Below are positions 1 through 12,145 of a DNA stretch of 52,550 bases, piece by piece. The stretch's first letter is position 1; every line of letters starts with the position of its first letter. Source of the stretch: Corallochytrium limacisporum Hawaii (Eukaryota > Protista > Pluriformea); the NCBI GenBank assembly GCA_002811645.1, contig PDIP01000057.1:230225-282774 (forward strand), written 5' to 3'. The translations under genes were made by a program, and so were the position numbers. Below the pieces are notes generated by a model. That model saw only the letters and a program-made list of their open reading frames with translations, made no database searches and was not told where the DNA came from.

Positions 1-375
1 CCCAAGGTTCTAAAAAGGGGCCACAAAAAATTAGATCCCCACCCGAACAAGTCCGAATGCTCTCGTTTCCAGGCCAGCCCCCCCACCTCACTGCCACAGA
101 GGAACTCCTTCTGGACAGACCGGTTGTCACCTGAACCTTTGTGAAGAGGGCATACATGTTACCCTTCCGACTCCAATACAATCGATGGACACAAGTCCCT
201 ATGTGCCTTTCTAAACCATATCCATGAGTCTCATTTCAACGGTGCGGCTCAGTTGCACAATGACTAGTTTGTCTGCTTTACCGGAATCCGCGCATGACAC
301 ACGCAATGGAACTGTAGTGAGTGTATTCTGCATCCCTGTCGACCTTATGTTGTGGGCTCAGCTCCTTTAAGTACA

Positions 376-2154
376 CTACAGAGCATCCTCTGCGCACAGA
401 CTCTCTGAGGCCCCAACGTCATCAATAGCGGAGATTTCGCGTACGATGCTGTGGGCAACACTGGATGCCACGTTGCTGTCGTTCACATCCTGTTGGTTGA
501 CGTTTAAGGGGAACGCCAGCTTGCGCAGAAAGCTGACTTTGTCAGGAAGGTCATTTGTATGGGATTTGCCTTGCCCCAGATGCTGACGATGGTACTTGCC
601 ATACATGTCAACGGAGCCAATGCTTAGACGGGTGTTCATGTGAATGGATGCTCGGTTGACTTTAGTGCTACCAACATTGTTGGAAATCAAGAAGCGTTCT
701 TCGTCCTCTCCACTGGATACCGAAGCGTTGTCGAGGATCGAGTCGGTTGTGGTCGTACTCGGTTCCATAATGATGCTATGAGGCTGGTGATCCGTTGCGA
801 TACCCATCTGTTCCCTGGCGTCGTCCACAATGTGCCCATCGTTGAACGTTCCATCAACCAGTGAGCGGTAGGTGGCCAAGTGCATTTGCTCAGATGAGAA
901 TTCATTCGGCTGGTCTGGAATGCTTAGGTTCCTGCTCAGGCGCAGTGGATGTGATGCACTACTCGCCTCCAGCTCAATCGCACCCTTCACATCCTCAATA
1001 CGTTCGTAGTTGTCTGTCAATTCACTTGTTTCGGACATCCGCGATCTCGGCTCAGAGTGGCTCATGCGACACAACATCTTCAATGAAGGTATCCCTTGAG
1101 CCTGGCTCCGTGCTCGAGAGTGATGCTTGAAGGTCCGCAAGGTCAGCTTCAAGGCCTTCTTGTAATTGGTCCCGTCAGGTGTGTAGGACTTGATCATGTC
1201 TAAAAATTGCCTAGAGCGAATGAATGCCGGATAGATGACCTCCGAGATGAACTCGGCACTAAACTTCTCCATAGGCCCAAACACATCCACCATTTTGCCC
1301 ATGGAGGTCATGCTCATGTCATTATTTACCCGGAAGTCTACAGTCTTCTTGATCTCATCCGGTACCTGCACAGGATGTTGTGACCCATCAATAACATATT
1401 TCTGATAAATCGCCATCACGTCGTTGATGTAATCATCCATTGTGAACGTGACATTCTGTGCGTTTGACAAATAGTGGCGTCTGAAAGTCATTGCACTCAA
1501 CCAGAACCCAAGCATATTCAACAAACCCTGACCGTCCATAAACTCTGTAAGCGCTTTCATGCCCTTAGATGAGAACAAAACATCCTCCAATGCCACACTG
1601 TTTCTCTCCAGCCAAGAAGCTATGTGTTGCTTCCACAACCGACTGTCGTAGAATGGTGTCTTATAGCAAACATCCAGCAGATGTTGCACCTTCTGTAACA
1701 CTGTCTGCCAACAATCCAGTGAGACTTTGTGCTTACTGTACAATTCATTGTGGAGATCACGAACAGTTACGTCATCCAGCCCAATGTAGTCTTTAGCTTC
1801 CGCAGTTAAGTACTTTGCAAACAATGCCTTGGATGCAGTTGTGAAGTCAAAGGACGACGATATTGTCGCCTTTGCATCACATGTATGGAATTGCTCCGGT
1901 TTGTATTCATCATCCGTAGGCTCCGATGCTGCCTGCAACACAGAGTCCGGTGATTCGCCGGTAAGCTCTAAGAGCTTTGCAGCCCGCACTAGCGACTCAA
2001 CGCGTAGCACGAATTCAAGGAATTTTAGCGAATGTTTTTCTTCTAAATATTGTACAAAATTGCTTAGTCCCACTTCGTCTGCCAGAATATCTCGGATCTC
2101 TGGTTCAAAATGGGAAAAGACCAGGACCTGGTCCCAATGTGAGTGACAGGACAT
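376..2154 (-). CDS. AKAP10: AKAP10/D-AKAP2-like protein with two RGS domains and a C-terminal PKA-anchoring helix
   Basis: 592-aa ORF. Two RGS-like repeats (IRDILADEVGLSNFVQYL...LEFVL; LEDVLFSSKGMKALTEFMDGQGLLNMLGFWLSAMTF). C-terminal LSIGSVDMYGKY and VASSVAHSIVREIS parallel human AKAP10 MTFGRVSDLGQF and LAWKIAKMIVSDIM as I recall them. Confidence 0.75.
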   Translation of the reverse strand: MSCHSHWDQVLVFSHFEPEIRDILADEVGLSNFVQYLEEKHSLKFLEFVLRVESLVRAAKLLELTGESPDSVLQAASEPTDDEYKPEQFHTCDAKATISSSFDFTTASKALFAKYLTAEAKDYIGLDDVTVRDLHNELYSKHKVSLDCWQTVLQKVQHLLDVCYKTPFYDSRLWKQHIASWLERNSVALEDVLFSSKGMKALTEFMDGQGLLNMLGFWLSAMTFRRHYLSNAQNVTFTMDDYINDVMAIYQKYVIDGSQHPVQVPDEIKKTVDFRVNNDMSMTSMGKMVDVFGPMEKFSAEFISEVIYPAFIRSRQFLDMIKSYTPDGTNYKKALKLTLRTFKHHSRARSQAQGIPSLKMLCRMSHSEPRSRMSETSELTDNYERIEDVKGAIELEASSASHPLRLSRNLSIPDQPNEFSSEQMHLATYRSLVDGTFNDGHIVDDAREQMGIATDHQPHSIIMEPSTTTTDSILDNASVSSGEDEERFLISNNVGSTKVNRASIHMNTRLSIGSVDMYGKYHRQHLGQGKSHTNDLPDKVSFLRKLAFPLNVNQQDVNDSNVASSVAHSIVREISAIDDVGASESLCAEDAL

Positions 2155-4191
2155 CTCTACTATGACCTCATCTCCATGCCAGTCCTATATAACAACGTTC
2201 TCTATGCTACAGGGTTGACTTCAAGGTTGAACATCATACAAAAACGCATATTGTCATTTCTTTATCGCATCTTATTTGACTGCATCGAATTTCTTGATTG
2301 TTTTACCCTTGTCCTTGTGGTTCCCAAGTCATACAATCATTCGCCATGCCGTGTACCGCACAAAGATGCCGGCACGCTTCAAGAACCATGACTGTTAGAA
2401 GAGTTACTCATACACATGTCTCAGTCATGGAACACAACAGCTGAATATCCCGTTCACCAGCAATGGACAAGAGAACGATGAGCTTTCGTTTATTCACTCA
2501 TGCCGTGTGCAGTCAACGGCAGGCCAGGTGCCAATGCCGGTCCTTGCACAGCACCCGCGTCTTTCCGTGGGGCAATCCCTCCTCCCCGGAGAGGGGGGGC
2601 GGGACTCCTTAGCACCCCCTACCTATACAGCAACCGTGACACCAAGCGAATGTTCTGCCAATGGCAGGGGAATTTCTCCATTCTATGAGCTCTGCGCTGA
2701 AATCTTCAATTTAAAGTGACCTCTGCTCCACATCTCACTAGCCTTCATCTTTCCGAGGGCCCGAAGGCAAGCGTACCGCGACAGTGTGGAGTTCAATTAG
2801 CAGGGGGCCCTGCCGCCTGTCTCGTATCTGCAGTGCTCCCTCCTGTGCTACATTAATTTTCGCCAAGCAAGTTATGCTTCGGTTTGCCTCAGGCTTCTGT
2901 GCCCCCCCTCGTCTGTTACCCCTATCTGTCTCTTGCTCCCCCTGCCTGTCGTACTCGAGTGGTGCGACAGTAACTCAAACCATACTGAAGACGCTTATGC
3001 AAGGGGGGGCCAACTGAACTGTGTCTGGCCAGAGTACCTAGTGCGCACCAAGCTTCAATACCTTACCTAACAGGGGGGTCGAAGAGGTAAACCTCAGAGA
3101 ACTCCACTCAATTCTTTACACCGAACAGGTCGTGGTGGAAGAGATGTGTCTGCCCAGGCTGCCCAGTGCGCACCACCCTTCAGTTCCATTACGAAACAGG
3201 CGGTGTAAGAGATGGCACCTCGCAGCGACCAACCCATAAATTCGATTGTTTGGCCTCCATTTCCGCCCAATACGAACATGTTTAGAGGGGTACCGCCGTC
3301 CAGTGTAGGCGGATTCGACACTTGAATATCCACTGCAGTTTTCCTACTTCAACTTTATCATAGAGAGTCCCTAAGACATGACCAGCCCACCGTACTCGTC
3401 CACACGAGACCGTTTTGCCTGCGTTTTTTTCACAGGATTCAGCGTGGGTGTGCAACCAAGAGGCTATCCTGGGACCAGCGCTGGCTCCCCCGCACAGGGG
3501 CTACACAGAGCCGTGCAATCCAAACACCGAGTTTCGGTGCCAATTTCACTCGCGATGCAAGAAATGGAACATACATGGGGGATTCCCTGTAACTCAGTGC
3601 AAACGCGACCTTCTGTACAGATCCACTTTCTTTTTTGTCAATACGTAAACGTTTTTTTTTCTTTTACAGATCTGAGAGGTTTCCTTACATTAGAGTACCC
3701 TGGGTGTAGATGTATGCGGTTGTTGACGGTTATCAAATCCTCGGAAATTCAGTACCCAATGTGTCAAGGTTTCTGGAGCACCTTATCAGCAATGTGGGAG
3801 CTGCAGTTGTGTTAGAAAGATAGGAAATTGGCTAGATCCCAGAGTAGCTTGCGAGCTCGTAGCGCAAGTGATGTAAGAAAGTCAGTAGGGGAAATGCTGC
3901 AGATTCGTATGCAACTCAAATTTCGTCTCTGGGCGCGGCTTTAGTTTATATCAGGAAAAGATCGAAACCCTGAGGCCACCAGAAAGGGGAAAGGGAGGAG
4001 AACCGCGACGAGACTTTAGAACCACATATCCTACCAATGACACATACCAGGGCACGGGTGCCTCAAAATCGAGTGTTCCAACATTGACTGCTAAAGGTAT
4101 TTAAACGATGACACAGCGAGAACATGTTATGAGAGAGTGAAGACTGACTCTTCAGATTTATCAGTAAACTCTGTGGACACTAACTGAAAAC

Positions 4192-5277
4192 ATGCCTGGT
4201 ATGCGCCCAACAACCGAAAGATTCCAAGTTGACCGTGTCGACCGGTCTGGTCAGGTTGAAGACATGCGTCTCTACTGGCTCGATGCCCTGTTGGAAAGGG
4301 AACAGACCGTTCGAAGTCTGTGCAAGCAGCAGAACATCTACCAGGATCAGCCGAAGGTGATCACTGTCTTTGGTGCCACTGGTAACATTGGGCCCTACCT
4401 TTGCAAGTACCTTTCTGAAAAGTGCCCGAAGACTGAAATTCGCGCCCTGCATTTCACGTCCCCTCCACATGAGATGTGGGCCAACCTTCCAAATGTCAAG
4501 GCCGTTAAGTGTGACATGAACAGCAAGGATGACATGCGTAAGGCCCTCGAGGGAGCTGACCGTGTCTTCCTGCTCACCCGTTCCAACGAGGACTCCAGTG
4601 ATCGCGAATTGCCTGCCATTGACGTCATGGTTGAACTGGGCACCGTTCAGCATGTCGTGAAGATGGGCACCTCCAGCGGTATTACCTATCCAGAGTCCGA
4701 AGTCGGCTTTGGTCGCCATCACTACTCCATTCAGAAGAAACTGGAAGCCAGCGGGCTCTCCTGGTCCCTTATTCAAGCAAATTTTGCTATGGCTAATGCC
4801 GCTGCCAGCGCTGCCCCTACTTTGAACATGGGATTCGTGGCTCTTCCCTGGCCTGAAGGTTGCCAGGTCAGCATATCAGCCCCTCAGGATGTCGCGGAGG
4901 TCGCTGGCATCATCCTGGCCGACCCGGCGGCCCCACTGATTTACGGCAAGCGCCGTATCTTTGTCCACGGCAAGGAAAGGTTTGACGGTGAGGCGTTCGT
5001 CAAGGCGATCGCAGACTCCTTGCCCGGCAACAAAACCTTGAAGTTCCAGCGCATGGGCTTCGACGAGTGGGAACAGATGATCACTCCGATCATTGGCCCC
5101 TGGATGGCAGCTTCCATTAAGGGGGTATACAAGAACCTGGCCCTTCCTACCCAGCAGATGGACAACGTTGCGGAATTTGAAGCAATGACTGGTCGAGAGC
5201 CGACAACATTCGCAGAGTACCTGAAGGAGTTCTCCATGCAAGACGCTGCCGACCGTTTCCCCGCACTCAGGGGTTAA
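4192..5277 (+). CDS. NmrA-like / atypical SDR NAD(P)-binding oxidoreductase
   Basis: 361-aa ORF with Rossmann motif ITVFGATGNIG, ALEGADRVFLL, QDVAEVA and C-terminal MTGREPTTFAEY; about 50-aa N-terminal extension. Confidence 0.8.
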   Translation: MPGMRPTTERFQVDRVDRSGQVEDMRLYWLDALLEREQTVRSLCKQQNIYQDQPKVITVFGATGNIGPYLCKYLSEKCPKTEIRALHFTSPPHEMWANLPNVKAVKCDMNSKDDMRKALEGADRVFLLTRSNEDSSDRELPAIDVMVELGTVQHVVKMGTSSGITYPESEVGFGRHHYSIQKKLEASGLSWSLIQANFAMANAAASAAPTLNMGFVALPWPEGCQVSISAPQDVAEVAGIILADPAAPLIYGKRRIFVHGKERFDGEAFVKAIADSLPGNKTLKFQRMGFDEWEQMITPIIGPWMAASIKGVYKNLALPTQQMDNVAEFEAMTGREPTTFAEYLKEFSMQDAADRFPALRG

Positions 5278-6765
5278 AAAGATGTCATCACCAGATTATA
5301 TTGTATATTTCTTATGAGTTTACTTGTCACCCTTTGATTTGTGTCGTCTAATTCCTGTCAAGCGAATGTAGAGAAATCTGAAGTTAGCGAACCCTGATCC
5401 CTGAAAAGAAGTTGTGAAGCAAAACGTCGTCAGCAGCGCATAAAGTTTGTCCAGCATGAACAAAATATCCAGAAGAATACCGGATACTGTCCTCAGTCTC
5501 GTCATCTAAAAATCATCCGACGTCCAAAGTGCACCGTTGTGTGGGTACTTACAGCAGGTACTTACGGCATAGTAAAGGATCCGTTCCGAACTATGGGCCC
5601 TCGCAGCATGGCAAGGACCAAAGGTCTACGGCACGGAACTCGTTTTGCTTCCACTGTAAGGCCTCTCATAGCTGCGCTTCTGCTGCTCTTCCCGGAAAAG
5701 CCAAAGCTCAGCCTAGTGAAAGGCACCTCGATTTGCGCACACATTGGCAACCAGTTCTCCACGCGAACAAGTAAAAATTTGTGTTTTGAAAAACTCCGTA
5801 TATATAATATTCAGTTCCAGGTTCCACGGACTTCCTTCTGTTCTCTCCCGTCCGGTACTTAAAGTATGGGCACAGATCCGTATCACCAGATCCACGCATC
5901 AGCAACAGGTTGTAGTTCCATAAAGTTCAAGATGTTGCCGTTTGCGGCATAGTGTCTATTTACTATTGACTAAACTTAGTTATACATACTTCTCAGCCGG
6001 TTAAATTGCTGACCGACGGAGGTCCCTTACAGGCTGAGCTCACATAGTATTCTCCGGTGTTTCTGGAAACCAGGGGAAACAGAACTACGCGAGTACTATA
6101 AGCACCCGCACAGAGTTGTGGCGAACTGGCGTTTGGAACCATCCGATACGGCAGTGTTTTGGGTAGTGGGTTACTTTCTGCGGAGAAACCCGTGCAGAAC
6201 AAAAATCTTCAGCCACTGATACAGGGCCGTCCGTCTTTACAAAAGAAAACACCACTCCCGCGGCCTTCCCCCAGTTTCGCACCTTGCTTCTTCTCCGCTC
6301 GCGCCCACAGCAACAGTACTGGAGGAAATAGGTTTGTGCCCGACACATGGGGCGGGGAGTCGCGGCTCATCAGTGCTACCCAGTTGCGTCGTGCTGCGTG
6401 TACACTCTCCCTTGGTCACTCCAAAGCCCAGTAGAAACAGAAAACAGAATTCACGTTTCTCTTTGCCTTTGTAATTGGCCGATATTTTCCTACTCGTGAA
6501 AGTGGTAATCGTGACCTGCGCCATTCTCTGCAGGTGCCTGGATAATTCCCAACGTCTGCACAACTCTCTGCTGGTATTTCGGCTGTGGGACATGGCACAA
6601 TTAAGAATCTTTGATTTCTGGTCTTATTCAAGAGATGTAGGACGCAACCCGGTATAATAGAAAGAACAGGGCTTAAAAAATTGCTTCGAAGCAGTACTTG
6701 GTTCTTGTAGTCTTAAGGCCACTTGACGTTCAAGAGTAAAGAAACAGGAGTTTAGAACACCCACA

Positions 6766-7689
6766 ATGGCGTCACAAAGTGATCTGGATCGACAGATCGA
6801 GCAGTTGATGAATTGCGAACCTATCAAAGAAAGTGAAGTTAAGGCTTTATGTGCCAAAGCCCGGGAGATTCTCGTGGAAGAGAGCAATGTACAACGGGTA
6901 GACAGTCCAGTCACAATTTGTGGAGATATCCATGGTCAGTTTTATGATCTGAAGGAGCTGTTCCAAGTAGGCGGAGACGTTCCTGACACAAACTACCTGT
7001 TTATGGGAGACTTTGTTGATCGTGGGTTTTACAGTGTCGAGACACTTTTGCTCCTGCTTGCTCTAAAGGTGCGGTATCCTGACCGTATCACTTTGATTCG
7101 TGGTAATCATGAAAGCCGACAGATTACTCAGGTCTACGGATTCTATGAGGAATGTCTGCGCAAGTATGGTAGTGTCAATGTCTGGCGGTACTGCACCGAA
7201 ATCTTTGACTACCTGAGTCTTAGTGCACTAATTGACGAGAAGGTATTCTGTGTGCACGGTGGTCTGAGCCCCTCTATCAATACTCTGGATCAGATCCGTA
7301 CTCTTGACCGAAAGCAGGAAGTACCTCATGACGGTGCCATGTGCGATCTGCTGTGGAGTGATCCGGAAGACATCGAAGGTTGGGGTCTGTCCCCTCGTGG
7401 TGCTGGTTATTTGTTCGGAAGTGAAGTTGTACAGCAATTCAATTCAACAAACAACATCGACCTCATCTGCCGGGCACATCAATTGGTCATGGAAGGGTAC
7501 AAAATGATGTTCAATGACACTATTGTCACCGTGTGGTCCGCGCCAAACTATTGTTACCGGTGTGGTAATGTTGCGGCTATTTTGGAATTGGATGAGAACC
7601 TGCAGACCAACTTCAAGATATTTGAGGCAGCCCCTGGTGACGCTCGCGGAATACCTGCTAAGAAACCGCAAGCGGACTACTTCTTGTAG
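6766..7689 (+). CDS. PPP4C: Serine/threonine protein phosphatase 4 catalytic subunit
   Basis: GDIHG, GDFVDRG, RGNHE and SAPNY PPP motifs; N-terminus [30 protein letters not shown] and C-terminus ADYFL are PP4-type; 307 aa. Confidence 0.95.
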   Translation: MASQSDLDRQIEQLMNCEPIKESEVKALCAKAREILVEESNVQRVDSPVTICGDIHGQFYDLKELFQVGGDVPDTNYLFMGDFVDRGFYSVETLLLLLALKVRYPDRITLIRGNHESRQITQVYGFYEECLRKYGSVNVWRYCTEIFDYLSLSALIDEKVFCVHGGLSPSINTLDQIRTLDRKQEVPHDGAMCDLLWSDPEDIEGWGLSPRGAGYLFGSEVVQQFNSTNNIDLICRAHQLVMEGYKMMFNDTIVTVWSAPNYCYRCGNVAAILELDENLQTNFKIFEAAPGDARGIPAKKPQADYFL

Positions 7690-7836
7690 GTATCTGAAAG
7701 ATATCTGTAGCATCTGTAAAGGGCACAATCACGAGTGCATAGTTTCCCGGAACTGTAGTGGCATAAATGTCGTAGACTTTAAATCAGTCTGTTCATAAAG
7801 TAATTCCATAAGTAAGAGAATGACTGTGCGAACTTT

Positions 7837-10292
7837 TTAATTGCGTTGGATCACCTCAGATTCTTTGTCGTACTCAACGACCATGTACTGTTGGAGTGCG
7901 GCATGGACTTTAACTGCGGCTGCACATTCAAGTCGACCTCCGTCTAGTCCTGCAGCCACGGTCTCAGCCCGTCTCAGGACAGGCTCTGGGATCTCACAGT
8001 CTGCTGCGGCCTCGTAGCCGTATCCAGTGCCGCATTCTCCATGCACAACCTTGTACAGGTATACAAGGCTGTCGGATTCTGTGTGTACTTTGGTGGTAAG
8101 CCAATTGACGGTCCCGCATAGTGGGTGTGCCTGCATAGCGCGCATGGCATGGTGTAAGTGGGTTGAAAAGAGAGTAACAGGGCGCTGATGGAAAGGTAGG
8201 CCCATGATGTGCTTCATCACAGAGACCAGGAGCGCTGCACCTTGGTCGCTGCAAGTACCTCTGCCGAACTCATCCGCCAGGATCAGTGTCTGTCCATTGC
8301 AAGTGTGCAATGCATGGGCCATTTGGTGCAGTTCACCCATGAAAGATGACCTTGATAAGACCATCGCATCTGAGGTGTGAAGCCTGGTAACAATGCGCTG
8401 CATTGGAGTTAGCTCAGAAGAGTTTGCGGGAACAAAGGATCCTATCTGTGCCAGGAATACGACAAGGCCGACAGACTTCAAATACACTGATTTGCCGCTC
8501 ATATTCGGTCCAGTGACTACAGACACATGGCCCTTGTTGGTAGAGAAGTCATTAGGTACAGTCATTTCAGAGTTCAACACTTCAATCATGAGATGGCGTC
8601 CCTGTTGGATATTTATAACAGTAGATTGTTCGCCATCCCCAGCGTTCCCATCGTAGACAGTTGGGTTGACCAAATTCCAAGTCGTGGCCGCCAAAGAAAA
8701 CGCGACAAGGCACTCTATCTCAAGTACATACTGGTATCCCTCGATGAGTGCCCGCGAGCTCTCGGCAATGACCTTTAGCAGTGTGATATACAGTCGGGCC
8801 TCTTGTTCTACAAGCATAGCATTGGCTTTACCGTACTCATCATCTAGCTCACAACAAGAAGTGTTCTTCAAGAAAAGGCATTCCTGTGCTTCATACGCAA
8901 CACGTAGCCCTTCGACGTTGAGATCCTGTTCCTTCCCCGAGACATCCGATTTCGAGGTCATGCGAGCCAAAGTAGCGCGCATATGGCCCGTGCAAGCATT
9001 CTGTGGCACACAAATTAAGAATCCACATTGTTCTGCGAAATGGAGGTGACACTGTGTGAAGAGATGCCCATAGTTTTGCAAGCATTCTCTCGCAACATCT
9101 TCGAGGTGAGCTGGCATCTGTAGGAGGAGCTCATGGGTGGTCACCAGCTCTCCTGACGCATTACTGCGAGGAATAAACTTGTGTTGGCTTATGCTCTCCG
9201 GAAAGTCAACCGTATCATTGATCAGATTCACCATGACATCGACTTCATCTCCCGCCCAGGTTCCCAGTTTCACAACTGGAGTGTCTGCGATGTTTCCCTT
9301 ACCGTTAAGACCAGATTCTATCAGACGCCTGGCGATCTTTGCAATAGAGAGAACCGCTCTTGCTGTCTCGTTGATAGCCTTGAGGTCATACGATGTGACA
9401 CTCAAGGAGTCAACCTTTGCGAGAGTCTTCACGAGATTTGGGGAAACCGCTTTCAAGCAGTTGCGAATGGCATCTCGGCTGGAGAGTCCCATCTCATGTG
9501 TACTAAAGAGACTGACGATCGCGAGCCGCCTGTTTATTTCCTGACAAGATGCAAGTGGGCGTAAGAACCATGTCCTCAGCACCCTTCTGGACGCTTCAGT
9601 GTGACAAAACGCTGACATCATGCTATATAGGCTGACACCCTCGCGAGAAGCACCACTAACTTTCTTTGGGTGTGCCTCGGATGAAAAGATATTCAAGCCA
9701 ACTCTGGTCGCATTGTCCACACTCATGAACTTTGCGGGTTTGAATATGGTAATGTTGCTGGGCATTTTCTCTTCTGATAGTTTTAAGTTAGCAAATGCGA
9801 TAACGCAGCCCAACATAAGGGGTGCAGAATCTGTACTCATGGCCAGGAGAGTTACATTCCTCACCCCTTGGAACTCGTCCAAATAGTGCTGATATCCCTG
9901 GGGAGCCTTGAACTTTCGGAGGGATCGCTTTATCAGAAGTCCTCCGTCAGTGTCAACTATGTTTTCAAGCGCACGCACCCAGAATGGATCATCAGAGCGG
10001 CAAATGTACCACCGCCTTGGTAAGAATACAGCCTGGACGGAGTGGGTGATGTCCAACTCAAGAGACTCAGCCACATCTTCAACGCAGTGCAGATCTGTGC
10101 CGTCAAAGATGACACAGGCAAACGTGCATTCATGACGCCGAGCAAACACGCACGGAAGATTTTCCTATGAAACCATTGTCAGCTTCCGTTTACACACCAC
10201 TACACTTTCCCCAGTTACACTCTACTTACATCTCCCTCACCAATCTCCCCATCCTCGTGCACTCGTTCCCGACTTGAGGGTGTTGACTTCAT
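7837..10292 (-). CDS. MSH5: MutS homolog 5, meiotic crossover factor; exons 10292-10230 and 10164-7837
   Basis: Walker A TGPNMSGKSVYLK, AQIGSFVPA, DEFGRGT, STH; MSH5-like REGVSLY...LRTWFLRP; no mismatch-binding domain I. The ORF track start is a GTG. An upstream ATG at 10292 joins in frame via a 65-nt intron (GTAAGT...GCTGAC...TTTCATAG). Confidence 0.88.
10165..10229 (-). other. Spliceosomal intron in MSH5 (phase 0, 65 nt)
   Basis: GAT|GTAAGT donor, CTGAC branch-like motif, TTTCATAG|GAA acceptor; splicing gives MKSTPSS...GEGD-ENLPCVFARR in frame. Confidence 0.8.
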
Positions 10293-10871
10293 TTTGCCAT
10301 CAATTCTTTCCTACTGGTTATTTCTTTGTTTGAGCAGAGCCTTATTTTTAACTGTTCGTGACTGGATTGACGCAAATACCCTGAACAATGAAACTAATCT
10401 GTCCATGAGACCTTTCGGCAGATAATTTACCCGCCCATGAGACACGAATACGAGGGAGACCCACCTGCGGCTTTTTCGGACCGCATACGGACGCGCTCAT
10501 TATAATCAATAAAATTCCCCCAACAGTAAAAAGCCGATATAATCAAGAAGAACCACAAAGATGCTGGCGCGCAACAATATTGATGGACAGAATCCAAGTT
10601 TGTAAGAGCACCGGTGAACTGTGCGGGGGAAACGGTTTCCAAGGTTGTACTGGACTGATCAGCGTACGAAAGATGTGTGCACGAAACTCAGACTCATTTA
10701 CAGGGGCCCGCCCGATTTCGACCTATTCAAGGATGACTGATTCAGGCCACTCAAATACTGCCTGTAAAAAGTTCTGCTTTAAGTGGTAACCGGTATGGCC
10801 TTTCCAACGACTTGGTGTCCGTACGCAACGACATCGGCGTGACATGCAGTCTTGCCCATCCACCTGGCGAG

Positions 10872-12035
10872 ATGTCTACTACAGCAAAACTCGTCCTACA
10901 CCTGGACGTCAACAAAACCATTGTGATGTCTGATCCTGCGGGAGGCAAAACAGTGGAGACTGTATGCCAGGAGTTACTAGCTGAAACGTGCTGGGGTATG
11001 GTTGTGAGTAACGGGAATGCGGTTCAGAAATGGGAAGCAGTTTCGTCCTTCCCGAACCAGAAACCAACAGGAGCATCTGAATACGCAGATCCCATAAAAA
11101 TAGGTAGTATTTGTACCTACAAAATGTGGATAGACTCACAGTACCCCTACCCCAAATACAGCTCAACACAGGAAAAGACTATGTTGATGGCGGGTGTCAA
11201 AGACGCGAAGCAGAAGCGGACAGCTCTTGTGACCAAGTTCACAAGCGAAGGCGAGCCCGGTGATCGCTATCGGCCCTACTTTCGAAGGTTGATGGACTCA
11301 CTAACATATAAAGATGGCGAGGAACAAAGGAATTTTTACGTTATTGAGCCCTTCTTGCACCTTCTGCGATACCTAGACAACACTGGTGTTGATTACAGTG
11401 TCGTCCTACGCACATTTGGTGAGGATTTACCACATGTCATTCGTGATTTGAATGTATTTGGTAACGGCCTGCACGGGCGATTCAAAGGGGTGTCCTTACA
11501 AAAGTTTCGGGAGATCGATATGGTCCAAGATGTGGGCATCTTCTTTCGTGACGGTGTAGACAAGTACGGCACAGTCCTGATTTGGGGGACTTTGGAAAGG
11601 AACCCTGATTTGGACGACGGCCGAGAATTCTACCAGTCGCAGCACGGCGACAAGACCATGCACGATTCTTTTTCAGGCATTTTGAAGTCCATAAACAAAC
11701 ACTGCGACAGTAAGTTCTGTGTCGGAATTCAGGATTACTACGACTGGTGGAGTGCAAACAATGAGGCGAGTGGTGCTGGTAAGTTATTCATCATTGACCC
11801 ATCAGATACTGGTAGGCATCACTTGTTTCTAGATGACAACATCCGCCCTGACGAACCTGAAAAGAGCATTGTAGATATCCGCCATGTTGACGGACACTCG
11901 ATAGCCCTGGACAATGTTCTCAATAAGTACGCCATCAAGATCGATCCGTACGAGGCCCTCGTCAATGATAACTACTTCATTCGCTGCGTTGGGGATTGTC
12001 ATCGGGCATGGTGTGATGACCCCACCGTTTCATAA
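10872..12035 (+). CDS. Uncharacterised protein with HAD-superfamily-like motifs
   Basis: Long ORF, first ATG 10872. N-terminal LVLHLDVNKT (motif I-like), VLRTFG (motif II-like), LFLDDNI (motif IV-like). Confidence 0.7.
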   Translation: MSTTAKLVLHLDVNKTIVMSDPAGGKTVETVCQELLAETCWGMVVSNGNAVQKWEAVSSFPNQKPTGASEYADPIKIGSICTYKMWIDSQYPYPKYSSTQEKTMLMAGVKDAKQKRTALVTKFTSEGEPGDRYRPYFRRLMDSLTYKDGEEQRNFYVIEPFLHLLRYLDNTGVDYSVVLRTFGEDLPHVIRDLNVFGNGLHGRFKGVSLQKFREIDMVQDVGIFFRDGVDKYGTVLIWGTLERNPDLDDGREFYQSQHGDKTMHDSFSGILKSINKHCDSKFCVGIQDYYDWWSANNEASGAGKLFIIDPSDTGRHHLFLDDNIRPDEPEKSIVDIRHVDGHSIALDNVLNKYAIKIDPYEALVNDNYFIRCVGDCHRAWCDDPTVS

Positions 12036-12145
12036 ACAACTCCACTATGGCCCGCAATTGTCCACCTTGATCATAAATGTGTGACTATATTTGATGTCTT
12101 TCAAAATTGACTTCCTCTCCCAACAGAGACAATCACGGAGGTAAC

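Noticed and set aside
3094-3333. 79-aa minus ORF with protein-like composition
   Set aside because: GTG start, in-frame stop just upstream, no clear splice partner or motif.
6766-10292. PP4C-MSH5 adjacency as a meiotic gene cluster
   Set aside because: Convergent orientation and one adjacency in a dense genome are adequately explained by chance.
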